Source: Candidatus Marinacidobacterales bacterium
GTDB taxonomy: Bacteria; Acidobacteriota; Vicinamibacteria; Marinacidobacterales; SMYC01
NCBI GenBank assembly: GCA_965237955.1
Contig: OZ250169.1
Span: 544,001-608,000 of the forward strand
Length of the DNA: 64,000 bases
Direction: 5' to 3'
A program made the position numbers and the translations under genes. The notes below the pieces were generated by a model. That model did no database searches. It was not told the DNA's origin and worked only from the letters and a program-made list of their open reading frames with translations. Numbering within the stretch: the first letter of the stretch is position 1; each line of letters opens with the position of its first letter. Positions 55,232 to 64,000 of this stretch are shown here, piece after piece.

Positions 55232-56719
55232 ATGTCTACGAAGACGAAGCAGAAGGTGGAGTTCGGAGACTTCCAAACTCCGGAAGTACTCGCTCGTAGA
55301 GCATGCGAGTTACTCCACTGCTTGGGAGTATCTCCTAGATCAATCGTCGAACCAACCTGTGGAAAGGGTTCGTTTCTCCGGGCCTCAGTAGCTACCTTTC
55401 CTAGATGTACCCTGTCACTCGGGTTCGAGGTCAATCCGGACTACGTGCAGGTAGCCAAGGCAGTGGAGCAAGCAGAGGTCCATTGCGAGAACTTCTTCGA
55501 GAAGGACTGGCCTGGAACGCTAGATAGTCTTCGAGAACCGATCCTCATCATCGGCAACCCACCTTGGGTGACCAACTCTGCCGTGGGCACACTGAATGGC
55601 ACGAACCTGCCTACCAAGTCCAACTTCCAGCGACTCAGAGGTTTCGACGCGATCACGGGCAAGAGCAACTTCGACATCTCGGAGTGGATGCTAATGCACC
55701 TCCTAGAATGGCTCTCGGGACGAGAGGCCGTGCTCGCGATGCTCTGCAAGACCGCAGTCGCTCGGAAGGTGCTCCGTCATGCCTGGAGCAGGAACTTGCA
55801 GGTCGCAAAGTCGTCTATCTACTCGATCGATGCGGGTAAGCACTTTGGAGCCTCAGTCGATGCATGCCTGCTAGTCTGCATGCTCGAACCAGGAGCCATC
55901 TCTAGAAAATGTACCGTCTATCCGAATCTTGAGGCATCCACGCACGAGTCCACGTTCGCAATCCACGACGGACGACTGGTTGCAGACTTGAACGCCATCA
56001 ATACCTATGCCCACCTGTATGGCACATCTCCCCTCAAATGGCGGTCAGGCGTGAAGCACGACTGCTCGCGAGTCATGGAGCTGTGGCCCAGGGGATGCGA
56101 TGACTTCGAGAATGGATTAGGTGAAGTCGTAAACCTCGAATCGACCTATCTGTATCCCATGCTTAAGAGTTCCGAGTTAATGAAACCGCATCCAACTCCG
56201 TCGCGCTACATGCTCGTCACTCAGCGGTCGATGGGAGAGGACACATCGCGGATCGAGCGCAAGGCTCCTCGGATCTGGGCCTATCTCCAGTCGCACGCAG
56301 ACCGCCTCGATGGGCGTGCAAGCTCAATCTACCGGAATCGTCCTCGGTTCTCCGTCTTCGGCGTAGGACCGTACAGTTTCGCACCATGGAAAGTCGCGAT
56401 CTCGGGCTTCTACAAGCGTCTTGACTTCCGCTGTGTCGGGCCCTACGGGGCCAAGCCGGTTGTGCTCGACGACACCTGCTACTTCCTGCCGTGTCAAACC
56501 GAGCACGATGCCAAGCTCCTTGCGAAGCTACTCAACTCGAAGGCTGCTAGGGGTTTCTTCCGCTCGTTCATTTTCTGGGATGCGAAGCGACCCATTACGG
56601 CTCAGCTGCTTGCAAACCTCGACCTTAGGATGTTGGCCGCGGAAGCCGGCGTATCGCTCCCTGCGGGGTCGGATGCTTCGCAAGCCATGCCCCTCTTCAA
56701 GTGCATAAAAGATAGCTAG
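55232..56719 (+). CDS. N6-adenine DNA methyltransferase
   Basis: GDFQTP, VEPTCGKGSFL, IIGNPPW. Confidence 0.9.
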   Translation: MSTKTKQKVEFGDFQTPEVLARRACELLHCLGVSPRSIVEPTCGKGSFLRASVATFPRCTLSLGFEVNPDYVQVAKAVEQAEVHCENFFEKDWPGTLDSLREPILIIGNPPWVTNSAVGTLNGTNLPTKSNFQRLRGFDAITGKSNFDISEWMLMHLLEWLSGREAVLAMLCKTAVARKVLRHAWSRNLQVAKSSIYSIDAGKHFGASVDACLLVCMLEPGAISRKCTVYPNLEASTHESTFAIHDGRLVADLNAINTYAHLYGTSPLKWRSGVKHDCSRVMELWPRGCDDFENGLGEVVNLESTYLYPMLKSSELMKPHPTPSRYMLVTQRSMGEDTSRIERKAPRIWAYLQSHADRLDGRASSIYRNRPRFSVFGVGPYSFAPWKVAISGFYKRLDFRCVGPYGAKPVVLDDTCYFLPCQTEHDAKLLAKLLNSKAARGFFRSFIFWDAKRPITAQLLANLDLRMLAAEAGVSLPAGSDASQAMPLFKCIKDS

Positions 56720-56771
56720 TTACCATGCTTTCAACCTCGTGAAGCAGGCGCTGTTCGACAACGGGCACGAC

Positions 56772-57064
56772 CCCGTCCTGTGCCAAAACTCGGCCCTTTT
56801 GAAATAGCCCATAAATCAGCAGTTTAGCGTCTGTGTTTGCGACCGGGCCAAGGGCCGTAGGCTTTACGGTCGTCTGGACCGAAGGTGTTATCTTCAGCTC
56901 CATAATAATGTACCACGTGCAATTCCTACTGCTCGTTCTAGCTGGCTGAGGCAACCGCCATCAGCAGGATATGATCGACTACCTCCGAAAGGAGAACTGT
57001 GTGCTCTGAGCCGGGCTTCGGGCTTGTAACGTTGCCATTGGATCAAGTTTTGACACAGGACGGG
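56772..57064 (+). mobile_element. 293-bp internally deleted family A mini-element with both ends
   Basis: Left end, decayed transposase start, then right end (reverse complement) CCCGTCCTGTGTCAAAACTT; 18/19 inverted repeat. Confidence 0.85.
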
Positions 57065-57119
57065 ATCGTCGCGCGCGAACGAGGAGTGAGCGTGCGATGA
57101 TGTACTAGAGAGACAGACC

Positions 57120-57662
57120 ATGAGTGCCGAGAGGTTTTACCTCGTCGATGCCTACAACGTGATCCGCCGGGTCGACCGCCTGCGTCACGTCGAGAGCCGA
57201 AAGGGCCTGGAGGTGGGCCGGGATGCGCTGGTCTCCGAAGTCCTTGCCTCCGGTGTGCTTCGACGCTTCAAAGTGGTGCTCGTGTTCGACGGCAGTGGTG
57301 AGGGGGGATCCGGCCCGGCGAGGCTTCATCCCAGACTCTCGATTCATTATTCCCGGCCCCCCGAGAACGCGGATGCTGCGATCTGCCGCCTGCTCTCCGG
57401 GGCCGAGCGTCCCGAACGTGTGACAGTGGTCACCGCCGACCGTGAGCTGGCGTGGAAGGTGAGTCGGCTCGGTGGCGCGGTCCAGGCTCCCGAAAAATGG
57501 GAGGCGGTCCGCAGAAGAGACTCTGCTCAGCGTAAACGAGCCCCCCAAGCGCAGGCTTCGGAGAAGCCGGTGGCGACGAGAGCGGACGTGGCCTGGGGGT
57601 TGAGCGTTTTCGGTGACGAGAGCATCGAGATCCCTTCCACGAAGCGCAAGCGCCCCAAGTGA
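57120..57662 (+). CDS. NYN/YacP-like PIN-fold RNase
   Basis: LVDAYNVI, VLVFDG, YS...ADAAI, VVTADREL. Confidence 0.85.
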   Translation: MSAERFYLVDAYNVIRRVDRLRHVESRKGLEVGRDALVSEVLASGVLRRFKVVLVFDGSGEGGSGPARLHPRLSIHYSRPPENADAAICRLLSGAERPERVTVVTADRELAWKVSRLGGAVQAPEKWEAVRRRDSAQRKRAPQAQASEKPVATRADVAWGLSVFGDESIEIPSTKRKRPK

Positions 57663-57806
57663 AGCGAGCCTCAGCGGGCTGCTGAAAAACGCAGCAGCCT
57701 GTAGTCGAGAGCGAATATCGAAGCGTGAAATCGTTCGTTCACTCGAAAGTACCCGCCGTTGCGTTTTTTGCATCGCCCGTTCCCTTTCCGTACAATCCGC
57801 GGCATA

Positions 57807-59136
57807 ATGACTCATGACAAAATCTTTGCAGTTACCCTAAGTCTCGTTCTGGTGATGGCATCTACCGCCGGTGCCCAGAGCGTGCCGCCATCGGGCATCG
57901 TCGACGATAAGATCGGACCGGCGGTGGAACGCCATGTGGCGAAAACACTCACGTTCCGGCATCAGATTCACCAGAACCCGGAGCTTGGCAATCGTGAGTA
58001 CGAAACGGCAAAGCTCGTAGAAGAACACCTTTTGGCGCTCGGCATCGAGGTTCGAAACAGCATCGCGCACACGGGAGTGATGGGCGTCCTGAAGGGGGGC
58101 AAGGATGGTCCCACCATCGCCGTCCGCGCGGACATGGACGCGCTCCCCGTTACCGAGGATACGGACCTTCCGTTCAAATCGACGAAGCGGGGCACCTACA
58201 ACGGCCAGGATGTCGGCATCATGCACGCCTGTGGGCACGACATTCACACCGCGGTGCAGATGGGGGTGGCCTCGGTTCTCGTCGACCTGAAGGCCGACAT
58301 CCCCGGAACCGTGCTTTTCATTTTTCAACCTGCCGAGGAAGGCCCACCCCCGGGTGAAGAAGGAGGGGCGGAGCTGATGATAAGGGAAGGTGTTTTCGAC
58401 GACCCTCACCCGGAAGCGGTGTTCGGCCTGCACGCGCTGGCGCACCTGCCGGTGGGTCAGATCGGCTTTACGGAAGGTCCAGCTCTTGCTGCGGTGGATC
58501 ACTTCAGAGCCACGGTGAAAGGAGTTCAGACCCACGGCGCGCAGCCTCATCAGGGCGTCGACGCGATCGTCATGGCCTCCCAGGCGGTTGTCGCCCTTCA
58601 AACGATCGTTTCCCGAAACCTGGACCCCTTGCAACCCGTCGTCGTCACGGTGGGCATGTTCCACAGCGGCGAGCGGTTCAACATCATTCCTGCCGAGGTG
58701 CGCCTCGAAGGAACAGTGCGAACCTACGATGCCGGGGTTCGCGACACCGTCGAGCGGAGAATGGGAGAGATTCTGGACGGGATCACGAAGGCGGGCGGAG
58801 GGAGCTTCGTCCTGGACTACGACCGAGGCACGCCAGCCACTATCAACGATCCGGAAGCTCACGCAATGGATGGTACCGTCCGTGAGAGCCATCATGGGCG
58901 GCGAGGGTGTGGTCGAGCTCAATCCGACGATGGGAGGCGAGGATTTCTCGTACTTCGCGAACGAGGTCCCCGGCTTTTTCTATCGCCTGGGAACCCTCAG
59001 GGAAGGGACCGTGTCGGGCCCGCACCATTCGCCGACGTTCCGTGCGGATGACGCCGCCGTTCCGATCGGAATGCGGGTGATGTCGAACGTGCTCTTGGAC
59101 TACATGATTCGCCGTGCGCAGGGTGCGAAGCCTTAG
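57807..59136 (+). pseudogene. M20 amidohydrolase with signal peptide, one frameshift near 58853
   Basis: RADMDALP, MHACGHD, FQPAEEG, then GGEDFS and HHSP in the shifted frame. Confidence 0.85.
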
Positions 59137-59475
59137 CCCGGATTCATGGTGCTTCCGCAATCAAGTGTTGGCGGGGTACTTTCGAGTGAACGAACGATTT
59201 CGGTCACTCCCCGATGACCTCCGCCCGCACGGGCGGTGCCATTGCTGTCAAGTTTTCCACGGCCTGACGGCCACCCCGAATGAATGAAACGCGGTAGTCT
59301 CTGGAGGTGGCACCGGCTCAACACAACGCCTGAGGGAGCTCGGTTTTGACGTCACTGCCCCAAAACGCTACACCCTGAGTTTCTTATTAGTTGAGGTCTC
59401 AAGCTCGGAGCGGGCCGCTAGATAATGGGTGTGCCTTCTATTTATTCATCCACGCGCACCGAACTTGATTAGTCT

Positions 59476-59923
59476 CCCGTCCTGTGCCAAAACTCGGCCC
59501 TTTTGAAGTAGCTGATAAATCAACAGCTTAGTGTCTGTGTTTTAGCGGTACCAGCGCAGAAGCGTAGCGGGTGTGGCAACGGAGGCAATCTGGGCCAGCA
59601 CCTCGCGGCCCAAGGCCTGGGCTTTAACGGCGAGCCTGCGCCGGTCGTCGTCAGAGAGCCTGAGACGCTTGCCCCGAAGCCCGGCTCGGAGCACACGATT
59701 CTCCTCTCGCAGGTAGTCAATCACATCCTGCTGCTGGCGGTTGACCCAGCCAGCGAGAACGGGCAGTAGAAATTGCACATGGTACGTCATGATGGATCCG
59801 AAGATGACACCCTTGGGTCAGACGATTGTACAGCTCGCGGCCCTTGGCCCGGTCGCAAACACAGACACTAAGCTGTTGATTTATCAGCTACTTCAAAAGG
59901 GCCGAGTTTTGGCACAGGACGGG
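59476..59923. mobile_element. 448-bp fold-back unit bounded by two family A left ends
   Basis: Perfect ~67-bp inverted repeats sharing the private variant GAAGTAGCTGATAAATCAAC, enclosing 82 transposase codons. Confidence 0.9.
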
Positions 59924-60767
59924 GTCTTGTTCCAACCGATTTTGCCACTGCGGTCAGGCTTGTGTTCCCCTCCCGGATGCGGGAACTGAACGAAGCAACG
60001 CTTACCGGCCATCCTGATATGCCTTCAGCACCAATGCGCCTGCCTTCCGCTTCTGGCCTGTCGGGCAGCAGCCCAAAGGGCTTTTGAGCCGCTGCGCCGA
60101 AGATGAACAGCGACTGCTCTCCGCCTACGTCGTACCACCGTGCGCGGATCTCGTATGGCCGGGAACGAAGGTCGCCGCTGGCTGTTCGCTTGAAGGCGTG
60201 GATGACCTCCCAATTGGTCATGGGCATGAACTTGATGCGTTTGAGGTGCGCCTTTGCCACCGATAGCGCCACGATTTGTGGTTGTAGCTCCTCCAGAAGC
60301 ATGTGCCAGAGCGGGTCACCGTCGGACTCGAGTGCCGCACGATCAGCCTCGTCGAGTTGGCTCCACGTCGGGTTCGTCGCGACGGGTGAGCAGATGTCCG
60401 TGTGGAGCGCCGTCGATGCGCCGCCCTGGTAGTAGCTCGTGTTCATGCCGTTGAGCAGCGGCTCGAAGGCGCTGAACCACCCTTTGTACGGGTCAGTCCG
60501 AAAATAGGCGGACATTGCGTCGAGGTAGCGGGACGGCTCCCGGCCGAGGCTGCCTTCTGCGAGCGGAAAGCGCCGGAACGGCTGGTCAGCCGGAAACTCA
60601 TGCCGCGAGGGATTCAGTCCGACCGTCAGCACGTGTAGCGGCGAAGCTCGGTACGCGTCGAGGTCGCCGAAGAACAGAATCGGCACAGCCGGATTGACGC
60701 AGCACATCCGGCGGGCGGCGCGGTCGAATGCGCGCCTTGCTTGCATCAATGCCTGAGCAAGACTCAT
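59924..60767 (-). CDS. Hypothetical protein with uracil-DNA-glycosylase-like motif (3' end uncertain)
   Basis: PILFFGD...VLTVGLNPS...HTDIC..AT...W; lies between an A end and an F end. Confidence 0.55.
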
Positions 60768-60955
60768 CTGTCGGGTAACTCCTTTGCAACATGCCCTGCC
60801 CGCAGGATGGCGATCATCAGCGAGTTCAGCCCGTATGGTGCAAATAGTACATCGAGCTCGAAGTCGGCCTGTGGAGGGTCGATGACCGGCTGAGTTTTTG
60901 CACCATAAGCGTCCAAGCTGTTTCCGCCGCGCGCTGTAGTCCCACTTCCGCGCAA

Positions 60956-61192
60956 TGAAGTGACCCCGCTTTCGTGGACAGGTTAAGAGTTAGGGATCAA
61001 GCGGCACTATAGTAGCTCCTTTCGAATTGGGTCGGCGAGCAATAGTCGATGGCGGAGTGTCGGCGTTGCGGGTTGTACCAGCCTTCGATGAAATCGAAGA
61101 TCGCCATGCGCGCCTCAGCATGGGAGGGAAACGACCGGCGCTCGATCAGCTCGCACTTGAGCGTTGCGAAGAAGCTCTCGCACATCGCATTG
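60956..61192 (-). mobile_element. IS3-family C-terminal fragment plus right end
   Basis: NAMCESFFATLKCE...FIEGWYNPQRRHSAI; end TGAAGTGACCCC. Confidence 0.85.
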
Positions 61193-61792
61193 ACGCCCCT
61201 ATAAGTCAAGAGTGTCATTCATGGGGCAGTGTTGGCGGTCAGTCGGGCTCGATGGTCGGCCATGACGCAGTTTTCGAGACGACCACGATCGTGCGCGAGC
61301 ACGTCCGCGAGCTGCCGGACGGCACCACCCTGAAAGAAATCTGGAAAGAGACTCGCCCACCGGATATTCGTGGGGCGCTCTGGTGGCTGGAGAGACGGGC
61401 AGATGGATTTGGCCGACGGCCTGAGCGCTCAGGCAAACTCAAGGAACGATTCGAAACCGTAATCGTCGATCCAGCCGAGTCTGAGTCGGGCGACGATACG
61501 AAACCCACGGGGCGGCTCGGATCAAACATTGCCCGGCGCACGCACGCCGTGAGCTCCGGCGTGACTACAACCGGATCGTCTACGCCAAGAATGGGGTCGA
61601 TGCTCGCAAAGCCTATGACGAGCTCGCCACCTTTGCTGCGACAACGAATGCCGAGTCGCACCGCGGCTAGCCTCCCCGGAGACCGTTCTCTGCTGATATC
61701 CAACCGGCAATCGCTTTCTCGCTCCAATTAAATCGTGACAACGCCTCGGTTCCTAAGCTTACGCTCCCACTCCTTCCAGTTCCGAATTCGGT

Positions 61793-63158
61793 GGATCCGT
61801 CCCGATTCCCGTGGAAATAAGAATGGCGTAACCTCCGGTTAGCAAAACCAAACCGCGCCTGGAAAGGCGAGGAGGAGGATTACGCCATGAAGAAGCCTAC
61901 CACCATATCGAAGGAGTCTGTAATCGAGTACCGGGAGTTCGTCCAGCTTCGGTTGCGCAAGCGGGTGCTGGAGGCGAACGAGGTTATGCTCGAGGAAGAA
62001 GTCGACCAAGCGCTGGGGTGTCGTAGCTACGAGCGTGCAGAAGACCGCCGCGGATATTGCAACGGAGCCGAAACCCGTCGCGTGACGACATCGGTGGGAA
62101 CTCGCGAGCTCCGGGTGCCACGAGCCCGCGTGCGAGACGAGGAAACGGGAGAGACGACAGAGTTCAGGAGCGAGCTGTTGCCCCGGTACGCGCGCCGGAC
62201 TCGTGAGGTCGACGAGGCGATCTTGGGGACGTACTTGTCGGGCGCGAATAGCCGCCGGATCCGCAAAGCGCTGAAACCACTGCTCGGTGAGGAGCACCTA
62301 TCGAAGAGCGCGGTGTCTCGCGTGGTTAGCCGGCTGAAGGAGCGCTTCGAGGAATGGCAGAACCGTGCTCTCAGCGAGGAGGTCTACGCGATCGTTTACC
62401 TGGACGGCTTCCACCTGAAAGTGCGGATGGCGAAACGTGTGATCAGCGTACCCGTACTGGTCGCGCTCGGGGTCGCGCCAGACGGGCACAAACGTCTGTT
62501 GTCATTGCGTCTGGCGGTGAGCGAAGCCTCGACGCATTGGGGCTCCGTGCTGGAGGGACTCCAGGCTCGAGGACTCCGGGCTCCCAAGCTAGTGATCAGC
62601 GACAGCCACAAGGGGCTGACGAAAGCGCTCGAGAAGTGGCCGGGGTGCCGGTTGCAGCGATGTACCGAGCACAAGCGCGCCAACTTGCTCCAACATTGCC
62701 CGGCGCACGCACGCCGTGAGCTCCGGCGTGACTACAACCGGATCGTCTACGCCAAGAACGGGATCGATGCTCGCAAAGCCTATGACGAGCTCGTCGCCAA
62801 GTGGACGCCTCTCGCGCCGGCCGTCGTCCGAAGCCTAGAGGAGGCCGGTAATCAGCTGCTGACCTTCTATGAATTCCCTCGTGCCATGTGGAAATCGATT
62901 CGAACGACCAATGCTCTGGAGAATCTCAACCGCGAGTTTCGACGCCGGACGAAAACCCAAGCGTCGTTCTCCAGCGAGGAGTCCGCGGTCGCTTTGCTGT
63001 TTGGGCTTATCGCCTCTGGCCAGATTCAACTACGACGCATCGACGGCTACCAACGTCTGAGCGAGGTTCTCGAACACGCGGAGGTTGCCGCCTGATATGA
63101 TACTCTGATGACGGAGTGGAGGGCGCCGTTCTTTTTCCACTGACCTCGGGACACATCC
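61793..63158 (+). mobile_element. IS256-family element, complete (1366 bp)
   Basis: Imperfect inverted repeats GGATCCGTCCCGATTCCCGTGGAAA / GGATGTGTCCCGAGGTCAGTGGAAA; an internal piece of about 105 bp is duplicated at 61524-61630. Confidence 0.8.
61887..63095 (+). CDS. IS256 (mutator) transposase
   Basis: VYLDG, ISDSHKGL, QRCTEH, IRTTNALENLNREFRRRTK. Confidence 0.95.
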   Translation: MKKPTTISKESVIEYREFVQLRLRKRVLEANEVMLEEEVDQALGCRSYERAEDRRGYCNGAETRRVTTSVGTRELRVPRARVRDEETGETTEFRSELLPRYARRTREVDEAILGTYLSGANSRRIRKALKPLLGEEHLSKSAVSRVVSRLKERFEEWQNRALSEEVYAIVYLDGFHLKVRMAKRVISVPVLVALGVAPDGHKRLLSLRLAVSEASTHWGSVLEGLQARGLRAPKLVISDSHKGLTKALEKWPGCRLQRCTEHKRANLLQHCPAHARRELRRDYNRIVYAKNGIDARKAYDELVAKWTPLAPAVVRSLEEAGNQLLTFYEFPRAMWKSIRTTNALENLNREFRRRTKTQASFSSEESAVALLFGLIASGQIQLRRIDGYQRLSEVLEHAEVAA

Positions 63159-63265
63159 GTTGTTGTCCTTGCGCGGCTCTATACTTAGAAGGTGGAATGA
63201 ATGGGGTCGTCCTCCGAGTGAAGCCCTTTTCGGGGGACTCGACGGAATCAGAAAAGGAGTGAGCG

Positions 63266-64000
63266 ATGTTTGGGCTACCGTTGGGTTGGTTCATTGGTCT
63301 TATTCTTCTTGCAATCTTTTTCCTCAACTGGATCAAGGTTCTCAACGAGTACGAGCGAGGAGTCATCTTTCGCTTCGGGAAGCTCCTGCCCTATCCCAAG
63401 GGGCCGGGCCTCATTCTCGTCTTCAGTCCCATCGATCGCATGGTGAAGATGAGTCTCCGCTTGGTCGCGCTCGACGTGCCGCCCCAGGATGTGATCACGC
63501 GCGACAACGTTTCGGTGAAAGTAAACGCGGTGGTGTTTTTCCGTGTCATTCATCCGATCAAGGCGGTGGTCGAGGTAGAGAACTTTCTCCATGCTACTTC
63601 TCAGCTTGCGCAAACGACGCTCCGCAGCGTCCTCGGTCAAGTGGAGCTCGATGATCTTCTATCCGAACGGGAGCGACTCAACATGCAGCTCCAGGATCTC
63701 CTGGACAAACACACCGAGCCGTGGGGCATCAAAGTCACCTCCGTGGAGGTCAAGCACGTCGACCTACCGGCCGAAATGACGCGCGCGCTGGCCAAGCAGG
63801 CGGAGGCGGAACGGGAAAAGCGAGCCAAGATCATCCACGCCGACGGTGAGTTCGAAGCCTCGGATAAGTTGGCGGCGGCGGCGAAGGTCGTCGGCCAACA
63901 CCCGATGGGGATCCAGCTACGCTACCTACAGACTCTTACCGAGATCGCAACCGAAAAGGACTCGACGCTCGTATTCCCACTTCCGATCGAACTGATGCAG
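63266..64000 (+). CDS. SPFH/stomatin (slipin) family protein, runs off the window
   Basis: AAGGAG RBS; [42 protein letters not shown]. Absent from the ORF track because the stop is outside the window. Confidence 0.92.
   Translation, partial: MFGLPLGWFIGLILLAIFFLNWIKVLNEYERGVIFRFGKLLPYPKGPGLILVFSPIDRMVKMSLRLVALDVPPQDVITRDNVSVKVNAVVFFRVIHPIKAVVEVENFLHATSQLAQTTLRSVLGQVELDDLLSERERLNMQLQDLLDKHTEPWGIKVTSVEVKHVDLPAEMTRALAKQAEAEREKRAKIIHADGEFEASDKLAAAAKVVGQHPMGIQLRYLQTLTEIATEKDSTLVFPLPIELMQ

Noticed and set aside
57807-59136. Programmed frameshift in the amidohydrolase (and at about 13085)
   Set aside because: No slippery sequence; a single-base indel from mutation or sequencing error is simpler.
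61230-61510. Prophage, suggested by a terminase-small-subunit-like peptide (PPDIRGALWWLERR)
   Set aside because: A short isolated fragment with weak resemblance; no other phage genes in the window.

Overview
A GC-rich bacterial accessory region made almost entirely of mobile-element pieces and defence or conflict genes; the TonB-receptor and autotransporter fragments loosely suggest an Acidobacteria-like host. Recognisable cargo: an ApeA-like HEPN nuclease, a truncated Type ISP helicase-nuclease, a GASH / double-GTPase / GAP1-N1 conflict operon, a large N6-methylase with a partner nuclease, McrBC, a Type II R-M pair, two AlbA/Schlafen genes, MmeI-like fragments, a DUF4238-like gene, an SDH-type Clp protease, a Spy/CpxP two-component module and a hidden UxxC selenoprotein with a SECIS hairpin. 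Mobile DNA includes a class IIC group II intron inside a transposase gene and IS3, IS5, IS6, IS21, IS110, IS256, IS1380 and RIT remnants. The most striking unexplained structure is a set of more than 30 termini of related rve/DDE ('integrase core') transposons. Nineteen are copies of CGTCCTGTG(C/T)CAAAACT, and only one sits on a full element. They face away from cargo, are joined to an ANCC target motif without target duplications, carry IHF boxes, often pair into 56-450 bp mini-units, and lie a few to tens of bases from the starts or stops of intact genes. The resulting end-cargo-end pattern resembles an integron-like cassette array run by DDE enzymes; that interpretation is a hypothesis. All coordinates and counts were read by eye.
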